A stretch of 63,480 bases of DNA, filler included, from Phoronis australis (Eukaryota; Animalia; Phoronida), in the NCBI GenBank assembly GCA_002633005.1. It is 11 parts of 11 records of this genome, joined end to end, with 100 filler letters (N's around TTAATTAATTAA, not from the genome) between each part and the next. Parts side by side here need not be neighbours in the genome. Positions count along the whole stretch, not along the records: positions 1 to 24,430 come from NMRA01000793.1; 10 more parts are not named here. The stretch is one strand, 5' to 3'. The notes beneath the pieces were generated by a model, which did not search any database, was not told the origin of the DNA, and worked only from the letters and a program-made list of their open reading frames with translations. Position numbers and translations under genes: made by a program. Shown here one piece after another: positions 11,669 to 23,691 of this stretch (its first letter is position 1; every line of letters starts with the position of its first letter).

Positions 11669-12645
11669 TGTCACTGACGTCATATTAGGCACTGAGTATT
11701 TTACCCTCATAATGCCCAGCACGCCGAAGGTTTCTCCGCTTTAAAAAATAGATAAGAAAACTGTTAAATCACAGGGAACATTATGTGTTACAAAATCATT
11801 AGACTTCAAATAGAGTTGGTATATAATTTGATACGAGGAAAGTGCCGTGTTCACAAGCACAATATCCTCTCCGGCTGGTTAAAAAGCAGCCAAACTACCG
11901 ACAAGCTTGTGCATTGGCTACTGGGAAAATAGACTAGTACCTGGAAACGAGACTTGCTCCGATCTATTGTGGCTCTAGATTGGTGATAGAAATGAAGTGG
12001 AGAAACTTTGCAACAATTGAAGGTAGGGCCTCTCAACCTATTGCACATGCTGGCCTATCTTTTGCCTTTTTTCTGTTACTTCTGTTACTTGCTGATATTC
12101 GCCTGTACGCCTGTATTCGTATTATACTGCTGATAAGGCACTTCTTGTATAGAATATCAACAACATAACAACCAAAGGACATTTTATCTAAACTTCACTG
12201 CATTTTAAAAGTGAAAATAGCTACATTGTAAGCCTATTACGTAAGTCAACTCTCGTTACTTTAAAAATGAGTTAGTCAATACTGTCAGAAACTTGACTGG
12301 TTCGAAGCCGAATGCGCGGTAGAGGTAGGAACGAGGTTACCGGGAAATGAATGTATCTAAACGCGCAATTTCCTCTTCGGCTGTTTGAGTTCACCCAGAC
12401 TGTTCTACATCGAGTCAGTCCATAGACAGCCTGGAACATACTGAAATCACATGCGAAATTTTGGCGACACCTAGCGGTAACTGTTCACAAAAGAGGGAAT
12501 TTTCAGCAAAAGCTTTTTGCAACAATAACAACTGAGGTTGTGTTCGGACTCATTATTGTAAACGAAATTATCAAGAGCATCCTCTTTCGAGTTACCCCTG
12601 TTACCCTGGTCTCTTGGCGGCAGTTAGTCTTTAACATGTAAGCCA

Positions 12646-15290
12646 TAGGCCGTAGCTCCAGTCTTTTCATCCTCTGAGCATGTCAGGGGGTCAACTTGAT
12701 TTTTTCTGTATGGTTAGATATACCATCAAGCAATTGAGACCTGAAAAATTCCCATGTTTTAAGTTACACATTTTTTTGTAGAAAAACTGTTTTTTGTGAG
12801 TCCAAATGTTACATTATTGAACAAGAGGTAGCGCTAAATCCAACAAAGGACTAACACAAAATGGCATCTTAAGCCAATCACAAGCTCAGAAATTAAGTAA
12901 CTGCAGACCTAATCTAACATGGCGGCTCCCTTAGGAGCTGCTGTCAATGAATGCTGCATACACTTTCAAGCAGTAAGTTCATCGGATCTGTAAAGTTTCT
13001 TGAAACTGATATGGGCAAAAAGCATTAACTGTGCGAAAGAATGACTTTCGCTAGAAGATGAAGACAGTAATGAGCACAATGTGTGTTACCAGTTGGCATT
13101 TGCATCAAGTAACTTCACGGATTGATGTGGGCTCCAGGCAGTATCACAAAGTTATATAAGCTTACTGACGTTACAAAGATAGAAAGAGCAAAGAGGAAAG
13201 ATTGCGAAACTACAAAGTGTGCCGAGAACAGAACCCCCTGATTACGACCAAGATGATGGTGAGTGTTATTTTTTCTGGGAGTATGACAAATTGAAGCAAG
13301 ACACTAGGACAGTGACAGTTTAGTCAGTTCCTCAATGGGAAACAGGTCACTTCAAGCCCGAGTCAAGTTGTACCCAAGCCTAATTTCAAAAGTATTTCAA
13401 AACTATTTATTGTTGTTTTATTACTTCATTGTATTATATTACTGTTTTTCTTGTTGAGGGCCCTCTTGGAAAGCAGTGCTATCACTGAAGAGGCCACCCT
13501 CATTTTAAATATCACAATAATAAATACATAAATAAAATTTTAATTTGGCAAAGCAGTGATTAAAATCCATCAATCATGTCATATTTATGCAAAACGCAAC
13601 AATATTATCTGTTATTTAGTAAATGAAAATGAAAATTTATTAGTTATGTTTTTAGCACAGGTACGAGTTAACTTGGGTGCGAGTTGGCTAAGGTACGAAC
13701 TGACTGGAAAGCCCTCATATGCACCAAATAGTGTTCCAACAACGCAGCACAAAATTAATTTGTAAGCAACCATCAACAAACTATGTTGAATGAGTAGAAA
13801 CTCAATAAAAATGACTGTTCTCAAAATATTTGCGATATATTTCGTTATTCGTCGACCATTTATTTGAGGTAAAATACAATTTAGGATACTTGCATGATTG
13901 TAAAGACTTATTTGCATATCTGAAATTGTATGTTAATTTTCAAACAAAAAGTTGTTTTCAAGACCATTTTGCATACAAACCCATAGGTATCTTTTCACAG
14001 CTGTCTGGGCCTTGTACATGCGCGTTTTATTCTGACCACGGTTTTCATTTTTAATTTGCTTGATTGTAGGTGGGTTGGTTTTGGATGCTGCTATGGCAGG
14101 AAATGACATGGACCTTTTGATCAGATTACAGAGAAGAGATATGGTAGCACTTGAAGCCAAATACCATCGTTCTTGCTATAAAAGCTTCACAAGACCGCTG
14201 GCAAAACAGAAATCTGACGATAGTGAAAGCACAGATGTATTTCAAGAGTTTTGCGTTGAAGTTGTGGAGCAACAAATAATCTCGCAAGAGGAAATATTGC
14301 ATTTGACTCTGTTAAAGTCACTCCTGGAAGAAACTTGTCCAAAAGAGGTTGTAATGTATGTGTCCTAACTGGAAATCTGAAATCGAAATTACAGAGAATT
14401 TGCCCTATTCTACAATTCCTTAGTGCAAAACGGAATCAGAGTGAATTGCTTTTAAACAAACATTTGTTCTTGTGTAAATGCAATACTAAGATGCACTGAA
14501 ATGTGAAACTGCCAAAACTGTGAGAATATCAAAGTGAGTGATGAAATTGGGTCAGATGATGAGTAACGGTGTGATGGACTAGCATCCCAGCCAGAGGAAC
14601 TTGGAAAGACATCTTCTCAAGAGACAGAAACCAGTGAGCCTGGTGATTTGTGAAACATTTTTCTATTTTCATGTTTAAGTCTCTAATAATGGCTTTTTAT
14701 CTTGTTAATTTCTCGGCCTTTTGTACTTCATCCGATTGCATTTGTTGTTATTTTATATCTTTTGTCTCCATTTTTTGACAAATTGTATGCTTTGGACTTG
14801 TAGCAATGATTGTTTTTGTAAGACAGATTAGTAAATGTATGATAAAGCAAATGTGAGACATAGTCAGTTTTGATAATTATAGTTTTACCAATAGTAAAAA
14901 CAGCACAAATTACTATGAATGATAATGCCATATTTCGCCAACAGGTAGCACCTATAAATTCATATTTCTTGCACAATTTTACATTTTAATTGAAAAATAT
15001 AACAAGGTACATGTATGTGTTTATTATGACTTAATAGAGCCTGTAGGAATATTATCTTCAGTATCATCCTTTATGGAACTTATTTTCTTCTTTTCTAACT
15101 TTTTTAATTCCATGTAAAATTTTTTGACTTGGCACAATTTCAACATCAAATTTCACAGAAATGTGCAAGTTTAAACGCGAGAACTTTTTTGATTCATAAA
15201 GTACAATGATTTGTGACATCAAGAACACCTGAATTAAATTGCCCCATCCCCCAAAGTAGTCACAGAAGTGGTTTTCTAGGCCATGGCCTA
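12646..15290 (+). mobile_element. Internally deleted Academ-type DNA transposon in intron 3
   Basis: Termini TAGGCCGTAGC...GCCATGGCCTA with similar GGGGG..CAA.TT.ATT subterminal motifs. Coding relics DMVALEAKYHRSCY (14060-14368) and a C-terminal Cys cluster CSCVNAILRCTEM*NCQNCEN (about 14465-14530). No TSD recognisable. Confidence 0.7.
13341..13712. mobile_element. MITE with reiterated CAACTCGTACC-type termini nested in the Academ remnant, itself containing a LINE-like 3' tail (about 13445-13535)
   Basis: Left GTCAAGTTGTACCCAAG versus right GGTACGAGTTAACTTGGGTGCGAGTTGGCTAAGGTACGAACTGAC; internal GAGGGCCCTCTT...AAGAGGCCACCCTC hairpin followed by a (TAAA)n-like tail. Confidence 0.45.
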
Positions 15291-16290
15291 ATGCTTTACA
15301 CGGGAGACTTCTGGGGAAGTGGAGTCCCAGCTTTTCATCACACACGTTGATATTTTATCCCAGAAATTGATTAGGTGCTTGATACTTTGGGTTGTTTTTT
15401 GGAGGTTTGGAACCTCATATCCCATATTCCAACTGAGGCCGGGAACTGATTTGCTTGAAAATTGGGCTCGTCTAAATACGGGGCGCAGGTCTTAACACGA
15501 TGCCGAAAGCAACATGCGCGACTTTGTTGTCGCACCTTGTGCTGGTCCGAAGTTAGTATTACACTAGCCATATCACTCGCTGCGATATCGATGCGACCAA
15601 TTTTCATCTGTTGGATAATTTTTGTTGCTGGGCCCAAGCCGCACCGGGTGTGCGATTGACCGCTCACGTAACATACATGTAAAGCGGGACATGTGCTTAC
15701 GCGTACCCTCAAAATGATTATAAGTCATGCCACGTGTAAGTTTAGGCAAAATAATACAAAATGTCTGGGCTTTTGTGAGTTTACCTGTGTCATTTGAAAG
15801 TGCAATCATGTGAAATGCATGACTTTAAATAAGTAAATGGATACGAGATTGTGTTCAATGTCATTTGTGTTTTGCGTATTTTGAGGATCAATAAGTCGCA
15901 AATAATGTGTCCACCTCATGGAATGACGAACAGGAACGCCTATGCGTTTTGTGTGTGCTGGAAGTAAGAATGATCTAGTCGAATACATAAGCATTGAACT
16001 TGCTCAGTGCTTGCCTGTAGTCATATGCAGCGCATTTGCTTGGTTGGTACTTTTGGGTGAACCCTTTGTTTTGGTTCTGTAATACGCAGACTGACGTTCC
16101 TAATTATTCATAATAACCCCATGGTAGGAACGGTGATGTTCCAACGGGAAGAGTGTCCCAATAACTTGTTTTAGGCATATTCGAGTTTTGGAATTTGTGA
16201 TTTTGGTTTGGCCATTTTAGCGAGACGGAAAACTTTTTCCTGTCAGTAGTTTGTACTGTACGTGTTCCTGTATTTTTCATGTTGTTATAG

Positions 16291-16367
16291 AGCTAACTAC
16301 TGCGGCGGATGCAAAGCGGAGTTCTTTGTGGACCAGGTCAAAGTTGACAATTGCCATGTTACTCCAA
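16291..16367 (+). CDS. Secreted WAP/antistasin protein, exon 4 (NYCGGC module C-half)
   Basis: Acceptor gttgttatag, donor gtaagt, phase 2-1; KANYCGGCKAEFFVDQVKVDNCHVTP continues in frame from exon 3. Confidence 0.9.
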
Positions 16368-16657
16368 GTAAGTTCAGGAACGTAGACGCAAGGACCTTGA
16401 GAAAACGAAAAATCACGCGAGATATCGTAATACATTACAAGCAAAGTACGCGACCAAACTAGCTTTCAATCCTGAGATTCTTGCGTCTACGGAACTCAGC
16501 GATGAGACGTATTTCTGGTAAAGTAATCTTGGCAAACGACCGATCATTGTTGGTGATATCTGTCGACACTGCCTGGCAAAAGCATTGTGAAACGCACTGT
16601 AAAGTTGCTCTGTGTTAAATTTCAGTTTACAGCAACTGCGGCTGGCATCGCGACATA

Positions 16658-18030
16658 TAGGCCATAGTCCATTCGACTCTAGGAAGCCTAGAAAATCCCT
16701 TCCGTGGGCACTTTTTAGGGACAAGATAATTTTGTTGTTTTTAAGGTCATCACGTACTATACTTTAAGAATCTAAAAAGTTCCCAATGTTTGACTTGCAC
16801 GTTTTCGAGAAATTTGACCTCATAAATATGAATTTTTGCATAATTTGGCATAGAAAACCAATCTTCAAAAACCAACAACACTAGACAAAAACTGAATGAT
16901 AATTTGATTGGAATTTGTTCATTTGAATTTACTGAACAAGGAAAGTGATATATAATATGATATTAGGCGGAAAATTGCTCAAAAAGAGAAAAAGAAATAT
17001 TTTAGCAGTGTCTCCTGTTGGCCAGAAAACATTCTACTGTATTCTGATCTGCCAAAAAATAAATACTGTTAAACATTAGGATGGAACTTGATTAAGATTT
17101 GATATCACAACCTACATATGAACAATATACATTTCCAACACTTCTGCAACAAATTCACTGTCATCACTTTCATTAATTGTCACAATTAATTATCATTATC
17201 CACATAGCTGTTCACTGTCAACTGCCACAGGGAACAATACACCCAACAGTCCCCACAGTCACCAGCATGATTAAATGTTGTCAATATTTTCCATTAGGTT
17301 GAAAATTTAAAGTTCTTTAACAACATAACATACACTTATTATGTTTCTTCATGCACTCCATCATCATTTATATCATCATTATTTCACACTTACCATTAAC
17401 ATTCTTAATGGCATTTTCTGGGGCTAAAGGCAGAGTCATCCCGTGGAGCTTCAGACTAACGTGCTCCAAAAGCCACCCATTACCAACTGGAGATGGTGCA
17501 CTGACATGCTGTTGCAAGGCTAGTTAGTGAATGGCACTCTGGTAGTTTGCTCTTTTAGCATGTAACAGCAAACAATCATGATGAAGAGGCAGATCACAGA
17601 TTTCAACCTGAATATGTGGTAGTGTGCTTTGTTAACTGTTAATGACTCACCGTACAGCTTGCATACAAACGGTTTTATGTTTTCCAAGAGTTAACCAGGA
17701 AACACAAACTTTTGAGCCCAAATTTAATGGCAAAGACAAAGTTAAAAAAATCTCTGCAAGCCTACATCGTACCCAAAATAAAAAAAAGTTTTGACAACCT
17801 GAATACCATTTCATCTAAACACCTTGTTACAGTAATCCTATTTAACTGAAATAGATAACCAAAATGCTCTTCACTTAAGCACACATGTGGACATTTATTA
17901 AGATTCCCTGGGTACTTGAGAGCTACAAATTGTATGGACACAATACTTTTCTGGCATTTGATTGGCTGTTCGGATCATTCTGCATTGACACCTGGTGACT
18001 AACACATTAGTTGAGGTTATATTTTCCCAA
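16658..18030 (-). mobile_element. Second Academ-type remnant (3' part), inverted relative to the first, in intron 4
   Basis: Minus-strand relic FVCKLYG..VNKAHYHIF...DCLLLHAKRANYQSAIH*LALQQHVSAPSPVGNGW...MTLPLAP (about 17390-17690). Terminus TAGGCCAT...GCCTAGAAAATCCCTTCCGTGGGCACTTT resembles the reverse complement of the 15290 end. 5' boundary uncertain. Confidence 0.7.
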
Positions 18031-19703
18031 CTTTTAAATTAAAATTCTAACTACATGTGCAAGTGTATTCTTGGGAATTTTTTTGAAATTGAATTTTGAA
18101 CACATGTACATGTAGATGGGTTTAATGCAAAGCTCCCGTTGCCCCCAGAAAGTAGCCACGGAGGTGAAAGATAGGAGAGCTGGGACTTTGGCCTAACGTA
18201 AACGCTTAGATCCGAAGGTTAGTGACACGTGACTCGTATAATGAAAAACAGTTCCTCAGTCTTTGGGAATTGTTTTCACACGTTTGGTGTGCACTGCTAT
18301 TAGAGATGATCTGAAGAGGGTAGCAAAAATGTAGACACGAGTCGAAATTCGTCAAATCGAGTTCACTTTTAGCGAATCCTTTGTTGTCGAGTAAAATGAC
18401 ATGGTAACCATTGTCGATCTGTGCAACAGTAACTAAAAAGATTGACTTTGTTAGGTAGGCCTATAGTGAGTAACCACGCAGATGTAACTCGTGTCATTCC
18501 AAACATTATACGATAAGCAATAAAACAACAGGCAATTATAAATGCGATTTTTGACTTGTGATTAAAAGTCAACCCTATTTCGGGCCTTGAGTGTTTGCAA
18601 AGAGAAAAAATACATATTGTCTGACCCTTTTTATCGTATTTGAGATCGACATGTTCATTCAGTATAAATATACCCGTTTTAGCCGTAAGTTGTTAACTTT
18701 TGGAATGCTTTACTGCAATGAAAAATCCCATTGTATTCTAAGCTTCATTGTCCTGATATATCTACGTTTCAGCGTGTTCACCAGTGATGTGTAAACTTTT
18801 ATGTCGCCATGGTTTCCAGAAAGATGAAAACGGATGTGACGTGTGCAAATGTAGAGCGAAGCCAGGTATAACAGTGAACTGTTTATGATCTGTAATAGCG
18901 TCCTGTATTCTGTACCTGTAACTGTAAAATAGGCAGAATGAAGTTATCACTAAACACCAATCGCGAGGTCATGGCAAGGTGGACCTGGCTAACTATGTTT
19001 CCGTTATAAGCCAAGCGCAGTCTGAGAATTTTCACAGACTTCAAATCAATAAAAGTCTGAGGGCCTTGGTAATTTCACTTCTACCAATTGCAAAAAAATA
19101 GTCCCACCGGTTCTCTCAATTTTCGCTATGACTGGTTCGCGACATTTCCCCGAAACAAAAAGTGGGTAACTGGTGGCTAACCCGTAAATTTGTTAAGCCA
19201 CTTAAATTCATGTGCACTGTCACCTTTCGCAAGTTCAATTACATGACGTTCATTTTTTGACTTCATGTAGTTATCAGTTCTTACTCAGCAATGTTTCACA
19301 TGTTTACTGATCGTTTGCTTCAACGGTTTTCTTCTTATTTGCAGTCTTGTGTGACAATGATATTCTGTTAAAATGATTTCAAACTCGGTTTTTCCTAATT
19401 AACAGATATTGAGAACAACTTTCCCATAGAGTTATCTGAAACAAAATAATGCTCTGTAACCTTAGACAACCCTCAAAATTTGTAAACTCCTTAAAAGTCT
19501 GCTAAGCGAACAAACGTAACCAATACTTTAGGCGCGGTTACACTACTGTACGGTATACCACCCTCCCAGAACCGTGTCCAGTTTGTGACTCAGATTTTTA
19601 CTTGAATCCTACTCTTATCAGTCATTTGGGACGCCAGGCATTGATTGAACTCACCAAAAGAAGGTTTTATATTCTTTTAAGAAAAGTGTTGATGGTATTT
19701 TAG

Positions 19704-19808
19704 TGTGTCGGCGTAATGTGTCACTGTGCCGACGTAGACGTCACTGTCGCTTTGGATTCCTGAAAGACAAGAATGGATGTTATACTTGCAAGTGCAAACG
19801 CAGACCAG
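19704..19808 (+). CDS. Secreted WAP/antistasin protein, exon 5 (antistasin domain 1)
   Basis: Acceptor tattttag, donor gtaaat, phase 1-1; MCRRNVSLCRRRRHCRFGFLKDKNGCYTCKCKRRP (C..C..C.xGF..D.NGC..CxC). Confidence 0.9.
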
Positions 19809-20050
19809 GTAAATGTATCACATTTTCGATTACTCGTGTGAACGTGACGATGCCCGGGTTTAAAAGGGTCGGGAGGTAGATGTAGGCGCAATGAACATGC
19901 AAGAACGCTCGATCCATTTCAACCGGTGACGGACGACACCGCCATCTGAAAAGTTATTTCGAAATAACAGAAGAACGTTATTATGGTCGGTTAATTAAAA
20001 CATTTCAGAAGTTATAGTTCGACTTCGAAATTTAATTACGTTACTTTCAG

Positions 20051-20137
20051 CGTGCCAAACGACGTGTAGACGATTTTGCCGTTTTGTATTCGAGAAAACC
20101 GAAAAAGGATGTCTCACTTGCAAATGCAAAAGACCAG
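20051..20137 (+). CDS. Secreted WAP/antistasin protein, exon 6 (antistasin domain 2)
   Basis: Acceptor tactttcag, donor gttgta, phase 1-1; ACQTTCRRFCRFVFEKTEKGCLTCKCKRP. Confidence 0.87.
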
Positions 20138-21820
20138 GTTGTACTTTGATTTATAACGCAATATTTTTGTGTCTTTTGTTACAACCGGAGATAACGTGTT
20201 GCAATCACATGTGGTTCCTGTATTTCCAGATTTGAAAGATAAAATTATTTTCGAAATTTAAATTTGACGACTGGTCATTTTAATTTTGAACGGTAACTTT
20301 TCGCTTATACAGTGTTCGGCCAACGTTTTAATCGGAGGGTATTATAAACGCTGCATTATAATAAAAGGAGACAGAGCCTTGCCTGGTTTGCCGTCTGAAA
20401 AATTACATGTGAAATAGCGACAAATGGTAGAAACTGCTTTCTCATCGTGACAAGCCTATATGTTATTGATGATCAGACTCTGTTTGCCCATGGTGCTTGT
20501 CACAAGTGATTGGCCTGGATATCAGCAGTTTGGACGTTGATGTTACGTTAGTTACTAGTAACACGGCTAATAGAAAGCCTTTGCACGTGAACGATCGTTT
20601 TAAGCGTAGATCTGCCTTCTGACAAGATGGCTTACCTGCTTTCTTACGAATGCGGTATTAGACCACTCTCCGTTATGAAATGGATAGTTCCGATCAACGC
20701 AGTTAAGCCACTCCCACCATAGTTACCGTTGCAATGTCTCCAGCCAAAAGCAATTATGGCGGTAGTTCCCTGCAAAGCAACTGAAGTATTATCGGGTATG
20801 TAGTCTTAACAACCTCAGTGGTCTTGGGGCGAATTGCCCGCTACACTCAACGGAATATCTATGATTCTAAATCTTTGAACTCATTCACAGATTACTAAGC
20901 CACTGTCGTCAGCCGACCTTCAGCATGAATCAAAAGCTGTTTAGTTGTTGGTATGGTTTTGCACTGTACTCTGTGATAATTGACATGATCATTAGTTGCG
21001 CTGGTAAGCCAGAGCTTAACGGGTTTGTTCATGTTGGGAATAAACCGCTCAGTCTTAGGTTGTCGACGTAAAGCACACGTGTTGACACACACACATTTGA
21101 TTATTAGCCTAATTTACATCAAATACTAGCAAAGGAAAATATTACCGGGGTACGACCAGTCACTTTCACTTCAGGCTTGTTTAGTTTAACGTATACATGT
21201 ACAAATTAATCCAGACGATTGTGAAATCTACAACCACATACTTTTATATAGCGTGAACTCCTTTCCTTTTTCGCTTTCCGTTAACTGTTGATCTATAAGG
21301 AAAGTGCCACACAGACACTCCACTCAATGAAAACCGCTTTTCAGCCGAATGTTTCTGGGGCTGTGGATGTCGATCGTAGTGTTCATATATTCCCGCAACC
21401 TGGTTGCCTGGTACTTGAAGACTAGTAGCTTGATTGGTTGACATGTCGGAGCTATCCATCGGTCTCAACTTGGTTTCACATTCAGACTAGAGGCAGTCTC
21501 TCTTGGCAGACAACTAAAGACTCCAGAGTTCAGCATCTTACGGAGAGTCAACCTTTGCTCCGAGAATGGTCTCAAGCAATAACCAAGTCCAGAAACTACT
21601 TCTCATCTGAACAAAAACACAGTTGAAGCCACTTTATAGTACTAGACGGTCTAAATTTTTGACATAAGGCGGTTCTACAGTAGTCTTAGGTAATATAAAT
21701 TTACATGCTCGCGCTTGGAACGATTCATTTTGTTCACAAAACACCCATTTGCAAAAAGGCGATTTGTTTCACTTACATGTATCAAGAGCCACCTTCGCTC
21801 ATTGCGTTTTCTTATTCCAG

Positions 21821-21975
21821 TGTGCTTTCTTCGTGCTTGCAAGAGGCATTGTCCCCATGGCTATAGAAAAGATAGAAGAGGGTGTCAAAGCTGCAGATGT
21901 AAACCTAAAATCTACTTCAAAAACTTCAAAAGATTCTTTGATAGAAATGCTGTATTGAACATCCGAAATATGTAA
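21821..21975 (+). CDS. Secreted WAP/antistasin protein, exon 7 (antistasin domain 3, basic tail, stop)
   Basis: Acceptor cttattccag; VCFLRACKRHCPHGYRKDRRGCQSCRCKPKIYFKNFKRFFDRNAVLNIRNM*. The seven exons sum to 705 nt = 234 aa + stop with all phases compatible. Confidence 0.9.
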
Positions 21976-21992
21976 TAGGTTTTCACCGCCAC

Positions 21993-21998
21993 AATAAA
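21993..21998 (+). terminator. Polyadenylation signal of the WAP/antistasin gene
   Basis: AATAAA 17 nt after the stop codon, followed by a T-rich tract (tgtttgtttt). Confidence 0.6.
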
Positions 21999-22829
21999 TG
22001 ACCAGACCCGTTAGAAGCGCCTGTTTGTTTTATTCTCCACACAATTCATAACTTTAAGCACCTAAGTCTGTAAATTTTTATTTCAATCCAGGTTTCAGCA
22101 ACTTCAACATCACGAACGATCTTTTTTGTAAAATATCCATGGGTCCTTCTCCTGGAGCCTCGATTATGGTTGCAGGATTTTAAATTCAATATACAATGCT
22201 GACACCTGTGGAGTTACTAATTGAGTTTCGTAGTCCTAATGATGGCTCTTACAGATTCTATAAAATGGGTATCTTTCTGGAAACAGATAGAGAATTTCTT
22301 CTGACCAACAAAATCTGGTACTTCTCTACGTTTTGATAAGTCTTCTAAGCCGCCACAATTCATCGTAAAAATTGCAACTCGTTTGAGCTATCGTCACGAA
22401 AAAATAAACAGTTGAAATACTTTTTGATGAGAACCTCTGGTATACACTACTCCTGTAGAGTTAAGGAGAGACCATTTTGTAGTTGTTCAAACACGATACT
22501 TGGACTTATGAAGCTTTACAAAAACAATTTAGTTATTTTTGTAAATGGTCACCTTTGCCACTACACCAGACTTGTCATTTTTTGTTACATGTGTACATGT
22601 ACATGTAATATTTTTGAAAAAAATTCCCTTTCCGAAGAATTGCTATTGTGGCGGGCGCCGTGGTCTGGTCGCGAGTCCGTTTGAAGACACACTATATAAC
22701 AAGTTATGTCTATACAAGGAATGACCAAGGGGGCACCCACATTGAGAAAGTGACCGCATTCGCAAAAAGTGTACAGTACCAGAAATTGCGGGCAGGCTGT
22801 TCTTTCACAACAAAGTCTTGTGGGACTCG

Positions 22830-23260
22830 TGCGATGTTCAATAGGCCTCCTAAAAGGAGCCCTAGTTCCGACCTCAAATGACCTACCGTCTGTCTACCTG
22901 CCGTCTTCTATACTGGGAATTTCCGCAGAAAGGCTCACCCGATGAAACGTCATGCCCATGGGCATTTATTTGATATTAGTACTTCGGGTTTCAAGCGTTC
23001 AGACATTGGGGCGTTTATTTCGAAAAGTGCAAGAGCTGCAAATAGGTCCTTGGATGCTTCGTCAAGGTTTGAAGTAGTCCATGATGAACGAATCAAATTT
23101 AATTGCGCATGTAAGTCTTTCGAATGGACTTGGCAACCTCAAGGGTCTCAGTGTCAACTGAGCTGCGAAACGTGATGCTGACATTGTAGAGGCTTACAAG
23201 CTCATTGACATAGCAGTTGACGAAGTGCAAGCGTTGGGAACAAACATCGAAGATGTCTGG
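22830..23260 (+). mobile_element. Decayed hAT transposase fragment (THAP12/P52rIPK-like)
   Basis: Frameshifted relics FNRPPKR, KRHAHGH, LIAHVSLSNGLGNLKGLSV and KRDADIVEAYKLIDIAVDEVQALGTNIED occur in the order expected for hAT transposases. Confidence 0.55.
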
Positions 23261-23426
23261 GTAGAAGGGTTCCAAGACGAGCAAATCATTGGATCCGATA
23301 TACAAATTCCTCGGCAGTCTAGACAACAGAAGGATAGGACTAGCGCATGAGTAACCACTGGGGATTAAAAGTTTAGAGAGAAGTTTTCAATTCAAAATTT
23401 ATTTGCATACACTGTAGTACACTTTA

Positions 23427-23691
23427 GGTCTCGCCACGGACCAGGCCAGCTTGATTTGTGTAGATGTAGAGTTTCAGTGTACTTCTGGTCCCTCGGCGAA
23501 CTAGTCTTGTGATTTTTTTACCAAAGTGTTCTTTGTAAAACTATTTATCTCAGCCAGTACTGTTTGATCCCGCGACAGATCGACTATTTGTATAGGGGTA
23601 ATAAGCACAGGTGTACTGATGGTCTCGTGACGGACCAGGTCAGCTTTTTGTGTACTCTCAGTGTACATCTGGTCCCTCTGCAAACTAGTCC
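23427..23691. repeat. Two ~75-bp direct repeats about 190 bp apart, each with a GGACCAG...CTGGTCC stem
   Basis: GGTCTCGCCACGGACCAGG...CTGGTCCCTCGGCGAACTAGTC versus GGTCTCGTGACGGACCAGG...CTGGTCCCTCTGCAAACTAGTC. Confidence 0.65.

Noticed and set aside
16413-16724. 103-aa minus-strand ORF
   Set aside because: Non-ATG start, no recognisable motif, and it overlaps an Academ terminus within an intron.
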